Source: Rhodosorus marinus CCMP1338 (Eukaryota; Plantae; Rhodophyta). Taken from it: 64,000 nucleotides of DNA. Numbering within the stretch: position 1 is the first letter of the stretch; each line of letters opens with the position of its first letter. The stretch spans positions 2,418,001-2,482,000 of the forward strand of contig JAMWBK010000002.1 of the NCBI GenBank assembly GCA_029953675.1, given 5' to 3'. Both the position numbers and the translations under genes were made by a program. Positions 1 to 13,064 of the stretch are shown piece by piece. The notes beneath the pieces are model-generated. The model had not been told where the DNA came from. It ran no database searches and worked only from the letters and a program-made list of their open reading frames with translations.

Positions 1-199
1 AGGAAATGAGTCCGTGGAAAAGGAAACGGGAACGATTACAATGGGCGAGGTGGATGATGAAGAGCGACATGTGGAAATGCAAGTTTTGGTGGACGATTCG
101 CTAGGAGAAATTGTAAAGGACAGCGATGGGGTTTCGGGGACGACACCCGAGAAGCCAAGAGTGGAAATTGTAGAAGAGCAAACAAAGGAAACAGATTAA
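1..199 (+). CDS. 3' end of a gene entering from the left; acidic, probably disordered C-terminus
   Basis: Frame is open from the window edge to TAA at 197-199 (…VEIVEEQTKETD*). No recognisable domain. Confidence 0.5.
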   Translation, partial: GNESVEKETGTITMGEVDDEERHVEMQVLVDDSLGEIVKDSDGVSGTTPEKPRVEIVEEQTKETD

Positions 200-516
200 C
201 AAGAACTCGAAAATCAACGGAAAAAGATTCGAATTGGAACCCTTGACGAGGATGTATTGAATATCAACGAAAGACTGCAGACGAACGCAAGGATCGTCTC
301 AATGTACAGCACTATGGCTACTACTAGGCTCAATCAGGAGACTTTCGCTGCAAGACCGGAATCCAAAAAAAGCGGGGCGCCTGGGTTTTAATTACTCAAA
401 AAAAAATTACTTGTCCGGCGCGAGTTAGTCCATGTTATCTAGTTAATTATTTCAGGACGGTTTCTACCCCTCCCGAGGCTCAGCTCAAACACGCGAAGAT
501 TCAGAGCTGGCAATTT

Positions 517-3500
517 TCAGCTCTTCTGTTTTGTAGCAAATGCGTCCGCAAAGGACTTCAGTAAGTCTTCACTGAATGGTTGCCGCTGCTTGCTTCTCCT
601 AAGATTCTTCCCCGAAATTTCGTCCTTCTCGTCGTCTGATTCTGACTGTTGTAAATCTTCCCTAAGCGGAACTGCCTCATCTTCGTCTCCATCGCCGTCC
701 CGACTTCCCGTCATCATGTCCATCAAGAACTTCGGGCCAGTCACCGTAAGAGATGGGAGGGTATGAGAAGGAAGCTCAAATGCAGATAATGCGCGTCGCG
801 AGGCCGATAGCGCCACGTTGAGGTCTACATCCTCTTCCCGGCTCTTCTTATGATCATCATCATCTGACATTTCTGCGTCTTCACTTTGATCGAGCTCCTC
901 CTCTGCATCAGCAGTATTCCCGGATTCCGTCCTCGCTCGTGTTTGACGGACGCTGTCGTTCTCGCTGAGGACGATAAACTCCAAATCTTTCGCTAGGAGC
1001 ACCAACGCGGATTGGTCCCCAGTCTCCACCGGTACAAACGACATCGCCAGAACGTCGTGCCTGAAACGAAACACTCGTTTTGGAACGGGCTTTGAAACCT
1101 CGAAGATGGCGACAGCACACTGCGGTGTGCTTTCCGAGGAAGTCGACAAGTTCACAATGACCGCAAAGTTCTCACCGAGAGGATCTGCAGCAAACTCCCT
1201 CACTTTCATCCTAAAAGTCAAGTTCATCACCGAGCAGGTCAGGGTTCTATTCCACAATAGCCAACTCAGTCCAAGTGACCGTGAAGCCTGAAAAAGTACT
1301 GCCTTTCAAAACAAGAAAGCACAAGCCATTGTACGTACCTCGCTGACCACCAAACAGACCCCGTGATTACGTTCCAAACGTGTACACTTCTCGAACTCGA
1401 CGTAATCACAAGCGGGCTTTCAGTACTCCCCGTAAAGGACACGGATGTGATGTACTCGTTGGTCGGTGAATGACACAGGATTCTAGGATCAGCATCGATA
1501 TCTGTGATACCGTCCTCGTTCAATGTCCAAAGTGCCAGAACAGGACCACAAGCAGATGCCAGAAGAGAGCCATCCTTACTGAAACAAAGTGACGAACACC
1601 TAAAGCCACGGTACCCTATGCTTCTCGAGCAGTACCAGTCACTCTCCTTCCTCAGTTTCCAGAAATTGATACTGCCCTCCGACGACGACGTGGCAACGAC
1701 GTTCAAACGCGGATGAAAAACCAAACTGGTCGTATAGGCTCCCCCATGAGGATTTTCCACTTTCGCTGCTACTCGGAACTTGCCCTCGGGGTCAATCGAG
1801 TTGAACCTAAGAGTTTCCGTGACGAACTCGACATCCTTCACAACGAGGACGAAGAATCTTAGACCGCCAGTGCAAAGCGCGTGCCTTCACAAGTTCAATA
1901 TACTGGACTGTGGCTCGGCCTTACCTCGGAAGTCTTCGCTCTGAGAACATCGAGTGTAACTAGAAACGATCCATCAGCACTCAAACATGCGAGTTGCACC
2001 TTGCAAGTTGTACCCTTGCTCGGAGTCGCTCGATCCTTGAAAGCGAACAGCTCGTTTCTCGCACTGATCACAATGTCCGCCAGGTGTTCATCTCGCCACA
2101 TATCATAAGCTTGGATAACGTTCGGCAATCCCACCACGAGGGCAACGCCTGGGGATTTCAGATCAGGTAACAGACAAACCTTCGCCAATTTCTAAATCGC
2201 CAAGTGTTGTGAAGGTGGTCCATTCCAGTCAGACAGTGCAATCAAGTGCTGCCCCAAGCACTCAAAGGGCTTTCTAAACAAAGAGCATTAAATGGGAACG
2301 TACCGATCGGCTCCAAGAGCTTTGGTGAAAAGCATCGACAGGACGAATTCCCCGAACCTGGGCAACCACTGAGAACGAAGCGGCTGATACAAATCTCACC
2401 GCGTTGTCCCCACAAGTGAGCGCATATGAGGTTCCCGATGGCCTCGGCGAAATGCTCAAGATCGCTCCTCCTATCCGCGGCAAAAACCGTTTTCTCCCGG
2501 TGCTCAGCTCCCACATGACTAGCACTGCTTCTGAACCTCCAGAGAGCAAGATGTTGCCTTCATTAGTATAGGCAAGACTCAGTACAGAGCTCGCATGCCA
2601 GTGCATCTTCGACTGGCTAACGTTCTCCCCCTTCAACGTCTTCCTTCCCTTCACGTGACCTTCTGTTTCCATCGAAATGTTGTCAAAACGGTGCTAATGA
2701 GCTCCTGGTGGAGACTGGATTGAGGTTGAAACCATCATCAAGCTAGTCTAAGCTGTTTTCACGCACCGCAGAGCTTCACAACATTATGGTACACAGTGAT
2801 AACGCCAATCTCGTCACCAACAGCGAGGGATCCATCCTCAGGATGGAGCGACACTGCTGTAATTCTTCGGTTGTGTTTAAACTTCACAAAGCTACGGTTC
2901 TCAAAAGCCACGTTGCCACTAAACACGTAAACAGACCTCCTCCTGATGCCCAGGATCGTATCGCTCTTCGGTCCTGCGGCGATAAAGTTACAGTTCAAGC
3001 CAATGCTCGCTTCTGTACGGCCCTTCATGATCTCAATCTGTTACCAAAGTACGAAGAATCATGTAGCAAGTTCTTAGCAAATAGTTCCTGCAATACAGAC
3101 GAGAAGAAAGTCGAAAGAGCCCTGCCATGGCGTAAAGATTGGAAACCGCGATTCATACCCGTCTGAGCTCGCTACCTACTGCAATATACGCACGGTTTCT
3201 TTGTCCTTCTTGGATCGCAACGGCATGGATGGGGTATCCCACGTCAATTGTCCTGAGAATACTCCCATCTGACAAGTCCCATAACCGTGCTGTGCCGTCC
3301 GTAGAAGTCGAGATGCACCGAAACTTTCCTAGATCAGCAACTGCCGTGATTCCTTCTATGTGCTCCGAAAGGGTTTTAACCTGTAGTCAGTAATCCCAGT
3401 CTCGGTCAGTCCTCGCGAGGAAGCGCAGAAGAACGCCAGTCAATCCTGAGTGTATCTTATTACCCGGCCAAGACTTGAGATTTGATTGCCTGCTTCATCC

Positions 3501-3649
3501 GGTTGCCCAAAACCGTACATCTTCAGAGACCTGCCAGAAGGTAAAATCACGTAACGTCCATTTCCGCTCCAAACTGGGGAAGCAGTTCGTCCGCTCATAC
3601 TTCCACCTGAACGTGAAAAGAAAAATGTCGTAGACGGAGTTAGTCTCAT
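517..3649 (-). CDS. WDR75: WD-repeat protein 75 / UTP17 (SSU processome t-UTP), multi-exon
   Basis: WD40 segments (ISTSTDGTARLWDL; AVSLHPEDGSLAVGDEIG; VVATSSSEGSINFWKL) and the family-typical MHWHASSVLSLAYTNEGNILLSGGSEAVLVMWELSTGRKRFLPRIGG. Acidic tail ends …ATKQKS*. Exons join at GT-AG sites. Confidence 0.9.
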
Positions 3650-3925
3650 CTACCTGAAAAAGATCATGGAACTGGGCTTGGTCATCTCACCCCCATACAA
3701 CTCTGTACTCCATTGATCCTTCATTCTTGATGAAAGCGTCTCCACCGAGCGCAGAGGTTGCACAGTTCCTCAAACTGAGTTAACCCTCACAGCTAATCGT
3801 TCGTTTTAGTCATACTGCCTGACTCAAGTGTTTTTTTTCGGTCCCTCTTAAGCGCTGCCCAACTACGCACGCCGCCCACGCAGAGACGACTGGTGCATCC
3901 ATTCCATCCGAACCGTCTTGCATAG

Positions 3926-4458
3926 ATCAGCTGGATTGGGCTGAAGTGCATGGCATTCCGCTTGATGAGACAATGGTGAATGGACGGAGTGGGAAGACTT
4001 GAGTTAATTCTTTGCCGTTCGCTCGCCTCCGCTGGTTCTGGATGGTGCTACTGTAGGCTACGTGGAAAAATGTCTGTGTCGGCCGCCGTGCGGATTTCGT
4101 CATTGCTCCTCCCTACTCTCGGAGATGGGATGAGGCTTTCGAGCCTTTCTCGTTTGAATTCAACGGAATTTTCAAATCATTCCTGACACGAGCTCGAGCA
4201 AAGTTGCACATAGAGTGTGCATCCTCCGGATACAGGTGCGTTTCCAAACTGGCACCAAGCCAGAAAACGCTTTTTTTCTTTCCTCGTTCTCGACGTCGCA
4301 TGCCTTTCAATTTCAGAAAGGGCAAGCTGTGCTCTCTCTGTCGTATGAATACTCTTCTGTCTCTACAGGCTTCAACAAGCGCAGCCAGTCAACTCGGAGT
4401 GCATGCACATGACCTCTACAACCGCGTTACCGTCGGTGCACACATTCCGCGTTCATAG
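3926..4458 (+). CDS. Possible small multi-exon hypothetical gene
   Basis: AG/GT-bounded segments 3926-3975 and 4057-4235 splice in frame (DQLDWAEVHGIPLDETM|ATWKNVCVGRRADFVIAPPYSRRWDEAFEPFSFEF…). Start, end and family are unresolved. Confidence 0.3.
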
Positions 4459-5986
4459 AATCATTTAGCTATAGAAAAACTGTCTAGACAGTTGGCATAC
4501 ATCTAATGGTTAGTCTCCTACCAAAACTTTCCATCATTGGCTGTTATTGAAAACGGACAGTCTGTCTCTACTTTACTGGCCAATAACTCAAACGTTGTAC
4601 CCCTGATGGGAAAGTGCAGACTCTCTGAAAGCAACTGGGAAGTTTGCTCAAGTTTTACTATCGGAATCAATTTTGTTCCCTAACAAGGGGTGTGGAGAAA
4701 TTTTTTCTTGCTCCGTTCGTGTTTTCTTTCAAAACTTATAATTCAGGCTGGTGTTCATGATTTCTTCGGAAATACATGATCCAAACTCACACTGCTTCCC
4801 AGGTCGTGAAAGCTGAAACTGCGTCGGTGAGCGTGGGACCTGCTCGGGTTGAATGACGTTGTTAACTTTCTACTTAGATCGCGTCATTTGGCAATCGTAA
4901 GATCTGTCTTTCGAGTTTTTCACAGGGTTGAACCTTGCTCGATGCAATGGTGGGTCCACCCTTTCCCGGCCGCCAGGAGTGTGTGCCCCTGGTGAAACTC
5001 GCGATGAAGCCATTCTCCGTCCAGTGTCAGGTTGTGGCGTTTACTCCAGTCCTTTGCTTGCCAACTCTTGGTATCTTTACCTTGTCATATTGTCATGGTC
5101 TCTAGATTGGTATGCTTTGATCGTTTTGACCACACTCCAGTTGGTTGTTACTATACCCGCAATCAAGAAGCCCTGACAATGTTTAAATTATTTCTAGTAT
5201 ACATGAAAGCAGCTCGGCCTATGGTTTACTAATTTTGAGATCGTCCGTACTTTTTACAGAGTTGCAATCCAGAAAACGGAGTTGAAATATTCCCAAAAAA
5301 TTCCAATTAATGTACCTCGGTTTATCACGTTCCTCTATATTTAGAAATATATTATTCATAATCTAATATTTTAGGGTGTGCATCAAGAGTGCTTTCCCGC
5401 GGCCCCGTAGGGTACAACTCAACGAAATATTAGTTTTATTTTGAAAATATGTAGTATCGGGGAAAAAAAGCTGACAATACCCGGGGGTACAATCCTCAGA
5501 GGTAGGCTCCTAAATATTTGTTGATTTGGGAATAATGTGCGTTCGACTAAGGAGGAGATCTGTTGATTCGGACGGCCCCCGAGGAAGCAGTGAGGGATAA
5601 ACTAGATTCTCGAGCATGCTTAAAGATGTGATGGAGGTAAACCACTCGCTAATACCTGTTGATAACGTGCCTGTACCCCCTCCGGTGACTCACCACAAGT
5701 GAATCGCCCTAGTTTTAGACATACCCCGAAAACGATATTGTCTTTGACGATTTCTGTTTTCAGACGTTTTGTGTGATGAGGATGGCCGCTTTGAAATCGC
5801 ATAATAGCCTGTTGAGGTTTCGTTAGGCGAGCTGGTGGGGGGAGTTTCCGATATACATAGTGGTTTCGAGGGCGTGAAAGCAGCGGGTAGGAGTTTGCTA
5901 GGTTGGCTTCCTTGTGTTCGTAATAATTTCTGGCGTGGAGTTGTGTTTGCTTTGCTTTTTTTGTTTGGTTGGGTCTTTGGAACGGG

Positions 5987-6894
5987 ATGAGCGCCGGCAT
6001 GTTGCGAGTTGGATTGCTGCGGCGGATGGGGCGTATCGCCTCAAAGGAGACGAGAAGATTTATGGCAGATGAGGCAACCAAGTCGACCAGGGATCCGACT
6101 AAGTTAATGTTCAATTTTCTTGTCCCCAGTTCGTCAGTGTACAAGGACGCGGAAGTGGTGAGTTGGAAACGTCGATATGCATTTTGACGATTTGCATGAG
6201 TCCGATGCCGTGCTGCTATCTGAGAGTTGAACACATGTAGTGTAGCTCCTGAAAGAAAATTTAACGTCCTGATCTTGATCATATCATTGCTTTGCTTCTG
6301 GCGTTTTGCTTGGATAACAGGATATGGTTGTTATCCCAGCGGCCACTGGTGAAATGGGTATTGTCTCAAGTCATGTTCCAACGGTTGCACAAATGATCCC
6401 AGGAATGGTATCTGTGTTCACAGGCGAAAAGGTACGATTTTGGTCTTCCCGAAGTTTTTTCGGAGATAAATTGTCTAAAATTCCGATCGTTTCACGTTCT
6501 AGGTCGAAAAGTATTTCGTAAGCAGCGGTTACACATTTATTCATCCGGACAGGACCGATGTTTGCGCCGCAGAGGCGGTAAAGGTAAGTCTATCTTGTGC
6601 AATTGACCACCCAAGATTCTCTTTCCACCAGCACTGATGCTTGTTTGTATTCAATGCGATTAGCTTGACGACGTTGACGCTGAGGCAGTTAAAAGTCAGT
6701 TAGCTCATTGCGAGAGTGCTATGGCTGGGGCGTCAAACGAAAAGGACAAGGCTGAGGCTCAGATCGGTACGTGGCAAGGGTTTACCGCCAAACGATTCTT
6801 TCGCTAACTCACAAATCTCACAAACTTGCTCATCGTACTCCGCGCAGGGGTTGAACTCTATAGTGCTCTCACCAGTGCCCTCGCGAGAAAGTAA
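5987..6894 (+). CDS. ATP5D: Mitochondrial F1 ATP synthase delta subunit, 5 exons
   Basis: Spliced product: Arg-rich presequence MSAGMLRVGLLRRMGR…, then KLMFNFLVPSSSVYKDAEV|DMVVIPAATGEMGIVSSHVPTVAQMIPG…|VEKYFVSSGYTFIHPD…AEAVK|LDDVDAEAV…KAEAQIG|VELYSALTSALARK*. Confidence 0.95.
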
Positions 6895-8529
6895 GGACAT
6901 CCCGTGCCCGTTTTGGCATTCTAACAATGTTGGTTTGCGGTCTAATAAATATAACAGAACTACACCAAAGGCAACTATCGCACCTGGAAGTTGTTCGCAC
7001 GTACAACCTGTGATAGAATTCGACGCATACGCCGATGGTTGTATCCGATCAAATCTATCGGGAGCTCCTGCCCTTTTTGATGGTTATTAGACGCAGCCGC
7101 TTTGCCGTATCAATCAAAATACCGACGGTTTCCAGTTGGTCAACCAAGGCGAACAAGAATTCGGCTAGCTCTTCATTCGTTCAACTTAGGTCCCAAGGTG
7201 TAGTAAGCTATTATCGGATACTCCTGCCAAGGGGGTCTTGGAGGTGGTGCCGGCACAACAGAATTCCTCCGGCAGAGCGAGTGCGACTGCCTCTAGAACC
7301 TTGTCTTGTTGTTCTTTTCACGCGCATACGCTTCAAACATCAGCAGCATCGCTCCAACCCTCCCAAGTCTACCCCCATTCGAAAACGCACCACACTACCT
7401 CACCTATGGAGTTGGAGACCGATCGATTGCGTTCTGCCTAGTACGCATTCAATCTTCCCTAGTAGTACAAGAAGTGCACTAACCACACGTCGGCTCCTAC
7501 GCAAAATATTTGATATTTAATTTCACAACCAATATCTGCCAAACCCTATATGCAATTAAAACAGTCAGCTCTAAAACAACACCAAATAAATCTAATTCTG
7601 AACTTCAACCCAATAAATTCAAATAAAACCTCGTTTTCTGTTACATTAAGAAAATAACTCCCCCTAAAAATCCTTTGTTTTGCTCTTTCATTCTATTTAA
7701 CCCTAACGCGAGGGAAAAGTGTGAAAACGAGAGAGAAAAGTGCTCTCTCCCCTCAAACGACCAGGAAGAACATCTCCGTTGGCTGCTTTTTTTAACAAGG
7801 GGGGGGGGGGGTCGTTTTACCCAATTTTTTAATTTGATCCCTGAGAGGAAGAAAAAATCTCCAAAAATCATGGATGATATTCAGTTTTCGGATATTTTCA
7901 TATTGTTTCTCGTAATCTGTGAGGAGTTTTTGAAGGGGGTGGGGGGAAAGAGGAAGGAGAGGTGTTGTTTTTTGTTTGTTTTTTATTAAAGAGCGCGCGA
8001 GTAATATGTCTTGACTGGCGACTCTTTTTTCAAAGGGGGGAAGGTGGGTAGAGTCATGTATCCGGGATTGATAGGAAGACTCCCTTTGGTGTTAGATGGA
8101 CTTTGGGGTTCTGGTTACTTGAAGTTCGTCTTAGTTGGTTTGCGGGGGGAAGGAAGGGGGAAGATCTAAGGAGGGGGCGGAAGGGAGGTTAGGACTGTGT
8201 CTTCGTAGTCTGTATAGATCGTTTTTCTTTTAAGCAGCATTTTGGACGAACAGGGTTCTCTTTCATTATTTTTTTTTTATTTCGGGTTGCTGCGAGACGT
8301 GGTCTGGAAGAACTGGTCCGTCCTGGGTTTGACGGAGAAGGTGAGTTCTTCCGTTGCTTAATTTTCGAGTGGCTCATAATCCGTGTGCCAGACGTGAAGC
8401 TGAATCGTTCTGCAAAAAGTTCGCCTGACATTGTGTTGTGTTGTCTTTTTTTGGGTGGTTTGCTCTTTCGATCGCTTAGACTGTCCTCGGAAGTTTGGGT
8501 TGTTTACGATCTGAGAATACTAGATAGTC

Positions 8530-9673
8530 ATGTTTGAACCTGAACCTTATGAACCCGTCAATGATCCGGAAAATGGATCTATGGATGCAGAGGCTCTTTC
8601 AGCAGAGTTGCTGAAGGTAAGCTTAGCTGAGGAATTGATGTTGACGGAATTCCTGTTCGTTACTGAGCCATTCTCGGGTTCTGTACGGTCTAGCTGAGGA
8701 AAGAGAATACGGTGATGAGAAAGATGAGCGAAGATGCGCTGAGAGCGAAGGAGGACTACCGACAGAAGTACATGGAAATCGAGAAAGCTTTTGCTCCGAC
8801 GATGGAGGAGCTTACCGCCGCCAATAAGAGTCTTGAAGAAGCTGACGAAATCCTGGAAGAGATCCAGGGGAAGGTAGATCAAGCGGAGTCCTCAAAGACT
8901 GCTGCTGATCAGGTAAGGCCCGCAGACTGGGATATTCAAAATCTACTGTTTTCGTGTCACCTGAGTCAGAACCTGATACACACAACTGCTACTGCTTCCT
9001 ACCAGCTGTATCAACAAGCGAACGAAGAGAACGCTCGCCTAACCGAGGTGAGGTTCCCGCACGGAATGCCTAATAGCTAAGATCCTCCGGGACTCATTGT
9101 TTCTCCCCCTCCACCAAGTAGATAGTAGATGATTTGGATAAGCAAATAGAAGCGGCAAAATCAGGCCTTGCAAAAGCAGAGGAGGATAATGAACGAACGC
9201 AACAGGAAGCCGAGAAGCTCAGGGTATCATTGGAGCAGGCGAAGGGCGCTACCGAGGAGATGAATAGGGAGAAGCATGATCTGCTGAAGAGCCACGCTGA
9301 AACGACGAGCGCGTTGAGAAAGGAGATCGAAGAGGAAAAGAAGATGCTTGAGGAAGCGAAAGCTCAAGTTGTCAAATTCAGCGCGGAAGCATCCACCGCG
9401 AAGCAACAGTTGGCAGAGCTACAGAAGGAGGTGGCAGAGCTACAGAAAGCGGCTGTGGAGTCTTCAGCAGCTATGGAGACGTTGCACGCAGACTTGGCAA
9501 AGACAGCGGATGGTATGAAGACAGCTCAGGACACCGTAGCGAAGCTCGAGGCGGAGAATGCCGCAAAGCCAGAACCAAAGTCGCAACTGATTCCTGGAGT
9601 TGGAGTTGGCGCGCTTGTAACGGGAGCCGCGCTTTTGCTTCTCCGAGCGATAAGCAAACCGAGGTCAAACTAG
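8530..9673 (+). CDS. Coiled-coil protein with C-terminal tail anchor, 4 exons
   Basis: Exons from 8530-8616 and 8694 onward join in frame. Long E/K/A-rich heptad region, then a hydrophobic LIPGVGVGALVTGAALLLL followed by basic RAISKPRSN*. Confidence 0.75.
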
Positions 9674-10084
9674 CGCAAACGACGTGGCTTTGGTGGAGCG
9701 ATGCGTATCGAAGCTCCTTCCGGGGCTATGAAATTGCTACACAAGAGGCTGTTAGGCCGAGAATAAATTTGTTGCGTCTGTGGGGCTTGAGTGATTGCGA
9801 ATTCCAGGCGCTCTGAATATGCACCTCTTCGTTTTCTATAAACTTGCGATTCCCTCCGATTCCTACGTTTGAACTATTCGCTGCAGTCCTCCCGAACTGT
9901 TAGGGCGAAACGGTCATGGCGTAAATTCCCTCCTGGTATAGAGGAGGATTGAGCTCGTACAACTGCGTGCACAGCGTGTGCTCAGGCCGAACGTCTGAAA
10001 ACGCCATTGCTGGATCTTTGAAACCCGTAATCCGATTTTCTTCGGTCAATAAGATTGGTCGCTTTCTTCAGCAAAAAATAGTTC

Positions 10085-11008
10085 CTAGCCGCGCCCTCTG
10101 TCTCCACGGCCTCGACCACCACCACGACCTAACGAGCCAAACCAGACAAGACCATGTACAGCCATTGTCAGCTTCAAAGTTCTGAACTGCATCTCGTGCA
10201 TTTGTCAACTCACCTCGACCCCTTCCTCTTCCACGAGAGTTCGGCCTCTGAAAGAAACGACAAGGAAACACATTAAGAGTGAGGTGTCAGAAACGGATCG
10301 TATTACGTGAAGGTGTGCAGAAGCATGATCAGATCGTGTTCTCACATTATCCCTCCGGTTAGCGTTCTCCTCTTGTACAACATCGATGATCTCGTCGGGG
10401 ACTCTCAAATACCTGCATTAGCAAGAGCACAAATCAAGTCCTGCTTCAGATCCCTACGCTTGAAACTGAACGCAAGTCAAGAGCCTAGTTTTACGCTTTA
10501 GCCTCACTTGATTGCACTACCGCGGATGTAAATCTCAGTAACTTTCCAAAACTTCTCTCCGTCCTTCGAAGTACAAACGACCTCGCGCAAGTTCAGGTTC
10601 ATCCATGTATCGATCGAAACAAGAAATCCATTGTACGTTTCTCCAGTCTTCAGCTCGACCAGCTAACCCGCGCGAACAAGAAGGAACGCGGTCAAAAATG
10701 AAGAAAACTAATCAGCAAAAATGGAAGGGGATTCCATCCCAGCTCTTTCCATTCAAAAAACAAGAAGACTAGACAGTAACAACAAATAAAAAGAAGCAGA
10801 ACCATTCAATCGCTACGCTTTCTCACCATAGGGTGACCTTGACATGTCCTCAACAGCGACAACGGAAGCTAATCACCAGACAAAAAAATAGCACACAAAA
10901 AAAGACACACGCGACAGATTCAGTAACAGATCGATCCATCGGAGCTTTTCTGAGCCAACAAAACAGAATATATAGCGTCGCTTCTTCTTCATCCCTTCAC
11001 CTTACCAT
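10085..11008 (-). CDS. LSM4: U6 snRNA-associated Sm-like protein LSm4
   Basis: M|[14 protein letters not shown]|[52 protein letters not shown]|[10 protein letters not shown]…, with an RG-rich tail [14 protein letters not shown]. The first exon is the ATG alone (11006-11008). Confidence 0.95.
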
Positions 11009-12272
11009 CTTCCGAGAGGGAAAAAAGCTTCACCCAAGAAAATGCAAAACTCCGCGATCCAAGAAGAAGATCCAAAAGACAAAAACTCTACCCAAAACAA
11101 CAACAACAATAAGACAGTCTTTGCTAATAGAAACGTCCTCGTCGTCGAGCTTGCTCAGCCTACTAAATCAATCTGAGTTCGTCCTCCTCCTCCTCTTCAC
11201 CGGAAAAGAGCTGCTACAAAGGCGAAGAACATCAACAGTTCAATCTCTTCACTAAGACTTTCTTTTCATCAGATCGAGAAGCGCTCCTTGGGCAAGTAAA
11301 GCGGTGCAAAGTGTTAAATTTCGACTTTCCTCGTCAAGAGGACAGATGAGGAGAGCGGGCAATCAGGTAAGTAGAGTGGAGAGACTTTGTAGCGGAAGGG
11401 TAGTTTGGTAGTCTACCTTCTGCTCTGATTCTCTCAGTCTAGATAACGCGGCGATTACAGATTTAGGGTTGAGGAAAAAAAGCGAGCTTTCCTCGAAACA
11501 GCAATCGGTTCTTTGGTCTCAAGCGGTGATAAGGAAAGCTTGGGTGCCCGCGACGGTTAGAGACCAGGCATCCGAGACTTGATCGGGGAACGCAATGGCC
11601 GAATGGTGTCTGGACTACTGATCGAGGAGGCAGTGGTCTGTGTCGAAGTGCCCTATATTGGTCACCCAAACCAATTGAACGCCACGACTTTTATGAATCC
11701 ACTGTCGTCTGCCGATGATGGCCATTGCTTTGCTCTGATTTTGTGAGAGCGTTTTCTGGTTTACCTGAGGTCTGATGCATACCTTGTTCGTTCAGGCCAA
11801 CATCATCAGAATTGAATCTCGATGAACCTTTTGGTAGAGGTCATCGCTTTGCACTCAAAATTGCGGATGGCACCGGCTAGGCTCATCTCGGTGCAGCAGA
11901 CTAGCTCATTTAATACATGACACACAACCCTAACCTTCCTTCTTGGCACTGTTCACGCTGTTGAGGCTAAGGTGCTCTAACGATCATCAAAGCGAAAAAA
12001 AACGAAACCTTACCGGTCCGTTACTAGTCGAGTCCTCCCTCCACCAAGATTTGTGGGATACAGGAACCGAAGCAATAGAATATTCTCAGAAGCAAGATAC
12101 TACGGACATCAGCTACCCGCCTCTTCCATAGTTCGTGGTGGGATCCGGTACGGGGGTTGGAGTATAGCGACCTGCTGCTTATGGGAAAGCAGTGGATCAT
12201 TTGGCGGTCGATTGCCCCGGGTTGGCTTCTAGCTTCGCTCTCACCTTTGGTTGTACGCGCGGTGAGCTTCTG

Positions 12273-12854
12273 CTATGGCAATAGAAATCCAATTTCAAAA
12301 TAAAGAAACACCAGACAAGCACAGACAACGGCCATCCTTCCCCTCAGCTTTGAAAATGGTCTTGATGCTTGACACGTCCTTGGGCTTTGTGATGAACTAT
12401 TTCCAGAGCACCCCTTATTCCAATCGTGAACTGGGATCGCGTCCTCAGCATCTTGCAGTTCCTCTAGCCTTCTTCAATCAACGTCATCGTCATCTTCTCT
12501 CCCTTCTACTTATTCATCGTCCTCCCTGTCATCGTCCGCTACGTCAGTTTCTTCCTTCAAGATCGTCGTCAGTCTTTTTATGAACCTTCTCCTCGCAGCA
12601 TCTCCAGAAACGAAGGGCTCATCTAGCAACCTCTCAAGCGGGGACTTGTTGCTCCCGTCGTCTCGAGCCTCCTTCAAAATATACTCCACCTCATCCAAAC
12701 TTCGCTGCCCCTCGAAATGCCACCCCGTCGTAAAGACATTAACCGCAGCCAACGCTACACAAATCAGAAACCCGACCAGAAGAAATCTCCGCACACGGGC
12801 TGTACCCACTTGCCTCGAAGCTTGTCTTGAACTTTCGCGCTTGTCCTCGCCCAT
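12273..12854 (-). pseudogene. Type II membrane protein-like frame with two in-frame stops
   Basis: MGEDKRE…RRFLLVGFLICVALAAVNVFTTG (TM helix)…DDDREDDE*VEGREDDDDVD*RRLEELQDAEDAIPVHDW. Stops are at 12510-12512 and 12474-12476. It could instead be a short intact 114-aa gene. Confidence 0.4.
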
Positions 12855-12862
12855 CTTTGCGA

Positions 12863-12899
12863 ACACACACACACACACACACACGCACACACACGCACA
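12863..12899. repeat. (CA)n microsatellite
   Basis: acacacacacacacacacacacgcacacacacgcaca. Confidence 0.95.
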
Positions 12900-13064
12900 A
12901 TGTATCCAAGTCAACAGCGTCCTTGTCTTAAATCCCTTTGACAGACCCTTCAACCCGGTCCACTACTCTCATCAGCAGAAGACGAGCCCTTCCCACCAAG
13001 CCAAATCTCTGCTTAAGGACTTTTCTCGATGCTCTTAGGTGCAATAATTTGCTCTTCACATCAA

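Noticed and set aside
6985-7370. Minus-strand frame that reads protein-like if TGA is taken as Trp (…LNE*RASRILVRLG*PTGNRRYFD*YGK…); similar cases near 37830, 44270 and 55080-55580, suggesting an alternative genetic code
   Set aside because: About 6 stops in ~127 codons is what random sequence gives. TGA, TAA and TAG all terminate conserved genes in this window (e.g. WDR75, M32 and LYRM7 end in TGA), so recoding is not supported.
11355-11375. TACTTACCTG on the minus strand resembling the U1 snRNA 5' end
   Set aside because: It is the complement of a consensus donor (CAG|GTAAGTA), and no U1 body follows.
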